A stretch of DNA of 64,000 bases from Eledone cirrhosa (Eukaryota): the NCBI GenBank assembly GCA_964016885.1, contig OZ024754.1, positions 28,954,001 to 29,018,000 on the forward strand. Direction: 5' to 3'. The translations under genes were made by a program, and so were the position numbers. This document shows positions 13,061 through 23,869 of this stretch, in pieces; within the stretch, counting starts at the first letter, position 1; every line of letters begins with the position of its first letter. The notes below the pieces were generated by a model. That model saw only the letters and a program-made list of their open reading frames with translations, did not search any database and was not told the DNA's origin.

Positions 13061-14759
13061 TCATCATCATCATCATCATCATCATCAACATTTAACGTCC
13101 GTGTTCCACGCTTGCATGGGTTTGGACGGGGGTAGTCCCACTTGAGGCAAGAGTGATTGTCTTGCTCGCATAGGACTGTCTGGCAGGTTTTCTACAGTTG
13201 GATGCCCTTCCTAACACCAACCACATTTACAGTGTGGGTCTGGGAGGTTTTTACCGTGTTGCCTACACGGCCACATTACAGCGTGGACTGTGTGTTTTTT
13301 GTCGTGACACCTACACGATCTCATTTGTTTCGGCCTCGATGGCGCGGCACCAACATAACTTTACATAGAACGGGGTGGTGTGGATCGGGTGGGGGTGGGG
13401 GTGGTGGGACGGGGTGTATTTTGTTAGAGATGCCTACTGGCTGGAGTAGGTTTTACTATATATTTAGGTAAGGCTGGAGTAGGTTTTACTATATATTTAG
13501 GTAAGGCGGGTCTTCTCTGTTACTGAGTACCGCCAAAGGTCTCGGTCCAGTGACATTGTCTTGGAGAGGTGTAAGTGTGTGATGTCGGAGTTTATCAGCT
13601 CGTCCCAGGTTTTTCTAGGTCTGCCTATTCCGTGACTACCGTCTATCTTTATTGCCCTGCACTTTGTTATACAGCTATCGACTTTCATGCGCATCACGTG
13701 TCCATACCAACGTAGCCTTCTCTCGAGTAAACAACATCTGATCCCTCTTATCTCTAATTTATTCCTTAGTTCGTTTATGCTTTGCCGTTCACGTATATTA
13801 CTGTTACACATCCAGCGGAGCATGCAAGCTTCGTTCCTCTCTAGTCTGCGTATATCCTCTGCACACAATGCCCAGGTCTCACTGCCATGCAGCATTGCTG
13901 TTCGTATGCAGGCATCGTACAACCTGCCTTTCATTTTTAGTGAGAACCCTTTAGCAGCTAATAGTGGTATAAGCTCTCTGAACTTTTTCCAACCAGTTCT
14001 GACTCTAGCTACAGTACTTTCAGAGCACCCTCCCCCACTGCTGATTTTATCGCCCAGGTAACGGAAGCTGTCCACTATTTCTATAGAACCCTCTGCGCAA
14101 TTGAAAGAGCTAGTAGTTTGTGGGCACTTGCTGCTACTTATTGCACCAGAGCACCGACCACATGTAAAATCTATGTTCTTAGTTAGCTTACCTGTGATCC
14201 CACTACATCTTTTATGCACCCATACTTTGCATTTAGGACATAAAATGGAGTTTCTACCTACGCCTTTCCTACACACCGAGCACGACCATTTCCCCGAAGG
14301 GACCGCCGCCTTGTTTTCTTTCCTACAAACTAGTACTTTGGTCTTAGCCAGGTTAATTTTAAGTCCTTTTGACTCTAGGCCGTGCTTCCATGTTTGGAAT
14401 TTCTTCTCTAGCTCGGCCATTGATTCCGCTATGAGTGTCAGGTCGTCTGCGTATAGGAGTTCCCATGGGCAGCCTGTCTTGAACTCCTCTGTTATAGCCT
14501 GAAGGGCAATAATAAATAGTAGTGGACTGAGAACAGAGCCCTGATGGACGCCGACTTTTACGCTAAACTCTTCACTATATTCGTTGTTAATTCTAACCTT
14601 GCTGACTGTTTCTTTATACATGGCTTGTATAGCCCTCACAAGCCATTCGTCAACGCCTAGTTTTCTAAGAGCCCACCAGATAATGGAGCGGGGGACTCTG
14701 TCGAAGGCTTTCTCCAAGTCGACAAAAGCTAAGTAGAGGGGTTTACCTTTAGCTAGGTA
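13061..14759 (-). mobile_element. RTE-clade LINE subfamily A, 5'-truncated
   Basis: ORF 13497-14717 (DLEKAFD, QGSVLSP, YADD, RLRWYGHV, GRPRKTW), ~430-bp 3' UTR, (GAT)n tail. Confidence 0.95.
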
Positions 14760-15039
14760 TGTATATACACATAGTCACACAGTTATTGATATGTATTAGT
14801 AATCTCACTCACTTTTTACTTTTGCTACATATTTCATCAAATGTATTGTGTCTATAATACATAAATGTGATACTAAATTTTATTTGAGTAGTAGGGTATG
14901 AAATTGGACTTCTGATTCTTGTGTATATCCAACACGGTCTGTTGCTTTGTGAACATTTGGATAAATAATCTTGTATTTGATTCTGTATAAGAATCTGAGA
15001 TTATCATCATCATCACTTTTACATCCATTATAGTAATAA

Positions 15040-15332
15040 TAATGTTTCTACGTCTGGCACAAGGCCAGCAATTACCCCAGTACATTATTGGTTTTTTATT
15101 TTATCAACTCCATACGCATGAAAGGCAAAGGTAACCTCAGCGGGGTTTGAACTCAGATCGAAAAGGGGCTGTAGCTCTATGCTGCAAAGCATGGCGTCCG
15201 ACCTTCTACTGATGCTGCCAATCCACCGCCCTTAGTAGTAATAATAATTGTTTCTACTTTAGGCACAAGGCCAGCAATCACCCAGTACATTACTGGTACT
15301 TTATTTTATCAACTCCTTTAAGATGAAAGGCA
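15040..15332 (-). mobile_element. SINE family A, one full and one truncated copy
   Basis: Matches family A consensus, separated by TAA/TAG repeats. Confidence 0.8.
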
Positions 15333-15339
15333 AATAATG

Positions 15340-15719
15340 ATGTCATCTAATTGATGTCTCAAACTCCACAGTTGACAATATATCTATCAAGGAAATAGAG
15401 AAATTATCCAAATATAAAGATCTAGAGATAGAAATAACCTAAATGTGGATAATGAAAACAGAAACAATATCTATAATAATAGGTACTCTGGAAATTATGA
15501 AAAGAAATACACAGAGAGATACATAATTAAACTCCAGCTCTCACAAATATATAACACATACAAAAAATAGCACTACTAGGCATTGCACACATATTACGAA
15601 GAGTACTCTCAATACAATAGAAACACACCACCAAAAACCACACTGCACACACCCAAGGCACACAAAGCCACGCTCAGTAATACATTGAAGACACACAATA
15701 GAAATAAGACTAGTAATAA
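15340..15719 (+). pseudogene. R4/Dong-like LINE 3' fragment (restriction-like endonuclease)
   Basis: LIDVS...NIS.KE.EKLSKYKDLEIEI.*MW.MKT..I.IIIG.LG ... QKIALLG.AHILRRVL, ending in TAA repeats. A related fragment lies on the minus strand at ~28610-28750. Confidence 0.75.
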
Positions 15720-16000
15720 TCTATATTAAAATAAGAGCACTGTCTGTCCATCCCTCTGTCTGTCACACTCACTTTCATATAGAGAGGAGGAGTGCCAAGC
15801 AAGAAACATGTACATAGAGAGAGAGAGAGAGAGAAAAGGGAACACTGTGTTTTTGCCTTCATCTGTATAGTGAAAGGGGGAGGTCCAGGCGAAAGAGGTG
15901 TATATAGATAGAAAGAGAAAAGGAAAATGATTTGTTTAAAGAGAGGGAGTGTGTGTGTGTGAGAGAGAAAGCGTGAGAAGACTATGCTGCTCTCATCTAG
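15720..16000 (+). mobile_element. Short Helitron-like element
   Basis: A|TCTATATTAAAATAAGAG start, CTGT-type repeats, weak hairpin, CTAG|T end. Confidence 0.55.
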
Positions 16001-16178
16001 TAATAATAATATTTGCCAATTCCTTAGTTTATTGAGTCTCTTCTTTTTGGTATTTCAAAACAAATATATATTAAAACAAAATCTACAAAAAACATCCTCA
16101 GTTACACAGGTAAATCTTCCAGCTTAGCTAATATATCTTCGTTTATGCTGAAGGTGTGTTTGTGTGTGTGTGTATATA

Positions 16179-18746
16179 TCATCATCATCATCATCAACGT
16201 TTAACGTCCGTGTTCCACGCTTGCATGGGTTTGGACGGGGGTAGTCCCACTTGAAGCAAGAGTGATTGTCTTGCTCGCATAGGACTGTCTGGCAGGTTTT
16301 CTACAGTTGGATGCCCTTCCTAACACCAACCACATTTACAGTGTGGGTCTGGGAGGTTTTTACCGTGTTGCCTACACGGCCACATTACAGCATGGACTGT
16401 GTGTTTTTTTGTCGTGACACCTACACGATCTCATTTGTTTCGGCCTGGATGGCGCGGCACCAACATAACTTTACATAGAACGGGGTGGTGTGGATGGGGT
16501 GGGGGTGGTGGTGGTGGGACGGGGTGTATTTTGTTAGAGATGCCTACTGGCTGTAGTAGGTTTTACTATGTATTTAGGTAAGGCGGGTCTTCTCTGTTAC
16601 TGAGTACCGCCAAAGGTCTCGGTCCAGTGACATTGTCTTGGAGAGGTGTAAGTGTGTGAGGTCGGAGTTTATCAGCTCGTCCCAGGTTTTTCTAGGTCTG
16701 CTTATTCCGTGGCTACCGTCTATCTTTATTGCCCTGCACTTTGTTATACAGCTATCGACTTTCATGCGCATCACGTGTCCATACCAACGTAGCCTTCTCT
16801 CGAGTAAACAACATCTGATCCCTCTTATTTCTAATTTTTTCCTTAGTTCGTTTATGCTTTGCCGTTCAGGTATATTACTGTTACACATCCAGCGGAGCAT
16901 GCAAGCTTCGTTTCTCTCTAGTCTGCGTATATCCTCTGCACACAATGCCCAGGTCTCACTGCCATGCAACATTGCTGTTCGTATGCAGGCATCGTACAAC
17001 CTGCCTTTCATTTTTAGGGAGAACCCTTTAGCAGCTAATAGTGGTATAAGCTCTCTGAACTTTTTCCAACCAGTTCTGACTCTAGCTACTGTATTTCAGA
17101 GCACCCTCCCCCACTGCTGATTTTATCGCCCAGGTAACGGAAGCTGTCCACTATTTCTATAGAACCCTCTGCGCAATTGAAAGAGCTAGTATTTTGTGGG
17201 CACTTGCTGCTACTTATTGCACCAGAGCACCGGCCACATGTAAAATCTATGTTCTTAGTTAGCTTACCTGTAATCCCACTACATCTTTTATGCACCCATA
17301 CTTTGCATTTAGGACATAAAATGGAGTTTCTACCTACGCCTTTCCTACACACCGAGCACAACCATTTCCCAGAAGGGACCGCCGCCTTATTTTCTTTCCT
17401 ACAAACTAGAACTTTAGTCTTAGCCAGGTTAATTTTAAGGCCTTTTGTTTCTAGGCCGTGCTTCCATGTTTGGAATTTCTTCTCTAGCTCGGCCATTGAT
17501 TCCGCTATGAGTGTCAGGTCGTCTGCGTATAGGAGTTCCCATGGGCAGCCGGTCTTGAACTCCTCTGTTATAGCCTGAAGGGCAATAATAAATAGTAGGG
17601 GGCTGAGAACAGAGCCCTGATGGACGCCAACATTTACGCTAAACTCTTCACTATATTCGTTGTTAATTCTAACCTTGCTGACTGTTTCTTTATACATGGC
17701 TTGTATAGCTCTCACAAGCCATTCGTCAACGCCTAGTTTTCTAAGAACCCACCAGATAATGGAGCGGGGGACTCTGTCGAAGGCTTTCTCCAAGTCGACA
17801 AAAGTTAAGTAGAGGGGTTTACCTTTAGCTAGGTACTTCTCCTGTAGTTGTCGTACAATGAAAAGAGCGTCTGTGGTACTTTTGCCTGACACAAACCCGA
17901 ACTGCATTTCATCTAGGTCAATTCTCTCTTTGATTAGTTGTGCTATTACTTTTTCCGTGACCTTCATGACCTGGTCGATTAATTTAATGCCTCTATAGTT
18001 ACTCCTATCTAGGGCGTCTCCTTTACCCTTATAACAGTTAACGATGATGCTGCTATGCCAGTCCTTCGGAACAACCCCATTCTGTACGACTTGGTTAACT
18101 ATGCGGGTGACCATGGTGTGTCCCACCGTGCCAGATGCCTTCAGCATCTCAGCAACTATTTCCGAAGGCCCAGCCGCCTTACCCGTCTTCATATCCTTGA
18201 TTGCCTTACTTATTATACTCCCCTCGACTAACACTGCTGGTCCCTCTATTGGGTCGATATGGGGGAGACTGTCTTACTCCCATTTATTCTCCTCATTTAG
18301 TAGCCTTTCATAGTGACACTTCCAAGCTACCTTCTTATCAGTGTCGGTGATGGCAAGTATGCCATCATCGTTAAGTACACACTTCTCCCCGACAATATCA
18401 CGGTTTTCCTTGACGCATTGCCTAGCAATCCTGAACACCTCACGTTTTTGGTCCTCGCGTTGTAGAACATGCTTGAACTTTCTTTCCTCAGCTTCCCTTC
18501 TTGCTAAGTACACTTGTCTCCTAGCTTCCCTCCTGGCCACTTGATAGTCTTCTCTACTTCCCCCATCCCGCCATACTTTCCAAGCCTGCTTTTTGGCCTT
18601 AATTGACCCCTCCACCTTACTGTTCCACCACCATGTTACTCTCCTCCTGCCTACAGGCCTGCTCCAGCCACACACTTCGTCTGACGCCATCAGCAGGTTT
18701 GCTTTCAGAAATTCCCACTGTCCCTCTATATTGTCCGACTCTAAAT
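16179..18746 (-). mobile_element. RTE-clade LINE subfamily A, 5'-truncated and disrupted
   Basis: ORF pieces 18274-18746, 17086-18234 and 16574-17011. Stop near 18274 and frameshift near 17090. Same 3' UTR and tail as the other A copies. Confidence 0.95.
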
Positions 18747-18794
18747 ATATATATATATACATACACACACACATATCTTCGTTTATGCTGAAGC

Positions 18795-18865
<71 letters not shown>

Positions 18866-19950
18866 TCATCATCATCTTCGTTTAACGTCCATTTTCCACG
18901 CTAGCATGGGTTAGACATATATATATATACATACACACACCTTCAGCATAAATGAAGATGTGTGTGTGTGTATATATATATATATATGTATGTGTATATA
19001 TATATATATTCAATGTTGGTGGCAGTGGTGGGGCACTTATGAAAGTAGATACTCTGCAAAATGTGAAAAATAGCAAGAAAGAAAATTTCCATGGCTTTCC
19101 TGTCACTGATTTGATAGTTTTAGGGAAAGAATCTGCTATCGTTTATTTCATTTTTATTTTTATTTTTGTATTATTATTGGTTTCTTACTGAAAATGGAAT
19201 ATTGCCAGTTTAAAACCATATTGTTATTTTCTGTTGTTTTACCGATTATTTTGTTTTATTTTTAAAATATATTTTGTTTCTTTTGATATCTTCATAGAAA
19301 TATAAGTAGCATCTTTCCTGAAAGTTTTTCTCTGTTTTAAGCCCTTAATAATACTGGCACTGCCAGTATTATTTGTTTTAGATTTCAATACAGAACTGCC
19401 TTAACTGTTGTACTGAAAAACACCTCACAATTACATAGTTATATAGTTTGTCTTACTTTTTGTAATTTTTTTTTTATGTTACCTTTTTTTGTGTTACTTT
19501 TTGTAATTTTTTTGTACTTTTTGTAATCTTTTTTTTAATCCATTGTTATAAATGTTATTTCTTTTTTAAATTCTTTAGACTGATTTACATTTGGATCAAC
19601 ATAAATAATGATGGTAACCCCCCCACCCCACCTCCCTCTCTGCGCTCCTCTAAAACAATGTTAAGTTTGAAGAGTACTGTGAATAATAAAAAGAAGTGTT
19701 ATGCGGTATTTTAGCTTTGATTAGATCTTTTTTATTTTTAAAAGTAATTTAATTAATTAATTAATTAATATGTTTGTTGCCTTATTTTAAATGAGACAAT
19801 GCTTATGATTTTCAAATCATTTTGAAAATAATCAAGAATTTGTAGGGATTTGCCAATACAACTAACTTTCTCAATATTAAGCTGGTGTTTGGAGTATAAC
19901 TTGACAAATATTTTTACCTAAAATAAGATTTTAAAATAAATATAAACTGT

Positions 19951-20179
19951 TTAACCCTTTAACATTTAAACTGGCCATATCTGGCCAAAATTCTCTCACC
20001 TCTTTCTGTTCAAACTGGTCACTCATACTGACATTAAGCTATTGTTCTCAAAATAAATAACATCAATAATCTCGTAGACTTGATATTATGTGAGATAATT
20101 ATGTAAGATAAAGCCTTGACCACAAAAATATGATAGTAAATATAGAGGGTTAATACAATAGTAAATGCTAAAGGGTTAA
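19951..20179. mobile_element. piggyBac-like MITE family 1, nested in a second MITE family
   Basis: TTAA-CCCTTTAACATTTA...TAAATGCTAAAGGG-TTAA. Confidence 0.8.
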
Positions 20180-21046
20180 AACAATTTTATGTCATAGAAC
20201 CAGAGCCAGTTTCAGGCAGTTTGATATCATATAACCAGGAGAAGGGGCTGTTGTGATTTTCTGTCTTAGAACCAGGGGTGGTGTCAGGCACTTTGGTATC
20301 ATATAACAGATGAGAGAGTGGTTTTGGGGTGGTTTTCTGTCATAGAACCAGGCAGTTTGGTATCAAATGATTAAGGCATATTTTTCTAGCCTGATATGCT
20401 TTTCAATGCCAACCCTTTTAGTTGCCTCTTACGACAGGCAATGAAATGGTGTGCTTATTCTAAACTAAATACACACATATACTGCAAATAAAAACTGTAT
20501 ATATGAAGCATGATTTCAGTTTTGGTCATATTTTAAAAATAATAAGTGAATAAATTAATTAAGTTATAACAAGATAGTCTATGTACTAAATGCAAATTTA
20601 AATTAATATGAAATATTGTTGTTCTAAGTCATATCTGCAGATGTTTAGCCAGCTCCCTATGAGGTTGATTTCTGATTCAAATATCTGATGATAGCTGCCA
20701 GGTACTAGAAGTACCTTAACTACTCTGTCTCTATCATAATGAATGTTTAGAGAGGGACAGAGAGAAAGAGAGAGTGAGTAAGTGTGTTATAAAATACATG
20801 TCTGTGAGTGCAGTACATTTGTGCTATGTGTACTTGTGTATTTTGCTGGCATGCATACAATCAATATGATTTATATTAAAGAATAAAGAAAACTGTTTTC
20901 TTATTTCTTCTTTCTTCATATCCTTTGTATTGTAAATGCTGTAGGCAAAGTATTTATTTTCTTGTATGTTGGTTCTTTTTCAAAACATAACTGATTTCAA
21001 CAGAATACAGAGAAATGTCAAAAAGAGGAAAGGATGAAAATTGGTT

Positions 21047-21530
21047 TTAACCCTTTCAATACCATATTTATAATGAAATATGTTCTGTTTCAATTAAGTT
21101 TTAAAATAAACAAGAATTAGGAGGAAGCTAGTAATTTAGTAATTTAACTAACTTGACCCTTCTTAATGTGGAGATTGAAACACAATTTAATAAAAGATTC
21201 TTAATCCTTTAGCTTTTACATTATTCTATATTTACTATTATATTTTCATGGTAAAGGCTTTATCTCACATAATTATCTTACATAATCTTGAATCTATGAG
21301 ATTTTGTATTATTCATTTTGAAAACAACACCTTAACATCAGTATGAGCAGCTGGTTTGAACAGAAATAAGTGTGAGAATTTTGGCCAGATACGGCTGGTT
21401 TAAATGCTAAAGGGTTAATATAGAATTATAGCAGAAGGTTTGAATTTAGATATAAATTCTTCAAAGTAGATGATTTTATTTTGTATTAAAGACAGAGGCA
21501 GTCTCGAACATGCCAGTATTAAAATTGTTA
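21047..21530. mobile_element. TTAA-flanked MITE family 2 carrying a family 1 insertion at 21201-21418
   Basis: TTAACCCTTTCAATAC...GTATTAAAATTGTTAA outer ends. Inner copy has TTAA flanks and inverted orientation. Confidence 0.65.
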
Positions 21531-21542
21531 AAATATCTCGTA

Positions 21543-21863
<321 letters not shown>

Positions 21864-22009
21864 ATCCAATCAATCTCAAGTGAGACAATTCCTGTCTAAC
21901 CCATGCTAGTGTGGAAGATAGATGTTAAACAATGATGATGATGATATATAAATATATTATAATGATCAATCTATAATATAAACTATAAAATATAATCTAT
22001 ATATGTATA

Positions 22010-22386
22010 AACTACTAGAAACTTGGTGCAGATGAGTAGCTCATGAAAGCAATGCAATGGGTGGTAAATATAGAGGATATGAGGAGAGAAACTAAGTGAG
22101 CATGTTCCATTAGATGTGTAATATTAATATGTATGAACAAAAGAGCATGAGTAAACTGAGAGACAAGGTGGGTATAAGAGGAATCAGATATAGTGGGCAA
22201 GAGAGAACACTGTGCTGGTATGGACATGTGATGTATATAGATTTTGAATACTAGAAAAATTCCAGTGTAAGAAAGCTGTAGTAGAAGATGAAGAACAACA
22301 TGGGTAGTGGTTTGGAGCTGAGCTGGATAGGACCTATTCATCCCATGCAAACATGGAAAAGCAGGCATAGAAATGGTGATGATGAT
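22010..22386 (+). pseudogene. Old degenerate RTE 3' fragment
   Basis: TGGTATGGACATGTGATG (WYGHVM) and tail CCCATGCAAACATGGAAAAG...(GAT)n. Confidence 0.7.
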
Positions 22387-22784
22387 ATAAGCTATATAAA
22401 TTACTATATAAACTATAATATATGAACTACTAATTCTAAATTCAACTTGGTTTTACAAAGTGTCTCGTATTCTTACATGATTCTACATTTCTTTGTTTTG
22501 TTCCAAGATTTGTTGAAAGACTTTAATTCAATAAATCGTACAAGTTTTTCTTCTATATAAATAGATAGGAAGGCAGGGAATCAGAACCAGAATCAATAGC
22601 AAAACATTGCATGTTACAAATAATTATGTCTGTAAAAGAATGTAAATCATATCAAAATTTATTTTAGTATCGGCAGTGTCTTTTATAACTTTAGTTCAGT
22701 GATAAAGTCTTCAAACTTCTTAATATAATATATTGCAGAATTGAATAAGGAAGTTTAATATACTTTACATGATTATATTTCACA

Positions 22785-23348
22785 AGGGCGGTGGATTTGC
22801 AGTATTGGTAGAGCATCGGACTCTATGCTTTGCAGCATAGAGTTACATCACTTTACATTCTGAGTTCAAATACCGCCGAGGTTAGCTTTTCCTTTCATCC
22901 TTACTGAGTCAATAAAAGTACCAGTAATGCACTGAGTTCAATTTAATTGACTTTTCCCTCCCCCAAAATTGATGGCCTTGTGCCTAAATTAGAAATCGTT
23001 AAGGGGGGTGCCTTGGTAGAACTGGTAGAGCATTAGACATTATGCTTAGCAGCATCGAGTTATGACCCTTTACGTTCCGAGTTCAAAATCTCACCGATGT
23101 TAGCTATGCCTTTCGTTCTTTTATATATATATATAATCATCATATTATATATATAATTAGGGCGGTGGATTGGCAGTATCGGTAGAGGGTCGGACGCCAT
23201 GCTTTCCAGCGTAGTTACGTCCCTTTACGATCTGAGTTCAAATCCCGCCGAGGTTAACTTTGCCTTTCATCCTTACGGGGTCGATAAAATAAAGTACCAG
23301 TAATGCACTGAGTAATTGCTGGCCTTGTGCCTAAAGTAGAAACAATTA
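22785..23348 (+). mobile_element. Cluster of three SINE family A copies or variants
   Basis: Units at ~22785-22998, ~23000-23120 and 23159-23348. Confidence 0.8.
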
Positions 23349-23385
23349 TATATATAATTATGTAATAAGCAACACAATATAATTA

Positions 23386-23456
23386 TTCCATTACCCAAGG
23401 TTTCAGGGAGTCAGACGATTCTAACAGGAGTGTCTGAATCTGTTCATCAGATAGAA
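23386..23456 (-). ncRNA. Type I hammerhead ribozyme (inverted copy, weakened stem II)
   Basis: Reverse-complement arm with an intact core and mismatches at the base of stem II. Confidence 0.6.
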
Positions 23457-23480
23457 ATCTTTATTTGAATAAAGAAAGAT

Positions 23481-23551
23481 TTCTATCTGATGAACGGATT
23501 CAGATGCTTCTTTTAGAATTGTCTGACTCCGTGAAACCTTGGGTAATGGAA
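23481..23551 (+). ncRNA. Type I hammerhead ribozyme
   Basis: Stem I TTCTAT/ATGGAA, CTGATGA, stem II ACGGA.TCAGA/TCTGA.TCCGT, GAAA-CC-TTG-GG-TA. Confidence 0.8.
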
Positions 23552-23869
23552 TAATTATATTGTGTTGTTTATTATATAATTAAATAGCTCTGTACTATAC
23601 ATAGAGCACTCTTCATTCCTTTACCTTTTCCACGGAAATATTTAACATATATATATGAATAAATCAAAATGAATGCTGTAAAAACCTTTTCAATCATTAT
23701 TCACCAGAGTACTTGATATTTGGGGTAGTAGAGTTTGGTAATATGAAACAGTCAGGGCCCCGACGGCTGAGCTCTCAGAACTAGCTATTGAAACAGCAAG
23801 AACTCAGCCATCAGGGTCCGGGCTCTTTCCTATATATATATATATATTTTTTTTTTTTGTTATGACCAT

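Larger units (their letters stand above)
23355..23646. mobile_element. Palindromic Penelope-type terminus with two divergent hammerheads plus tail
   Basis: ~105-bp inverted arms, each with CTGATGA...GAAACCTTGGGTA. The tail closely matches the tail of the coding element at 4350-4395. Confidence 0.8.

Noticed and set aside
13687-14502. Recurrent antisense ORFs in RTE and CR1-like copies
   Set aside because: Shadows of the RT frame, repeated only because the copies are near-identical.
15340-15719. R4-like LINE as the partner of SINE A
   Set aside because: The 3' ends do not match, and the tails are (TAA)n versus (ATT)n on the sense strand.
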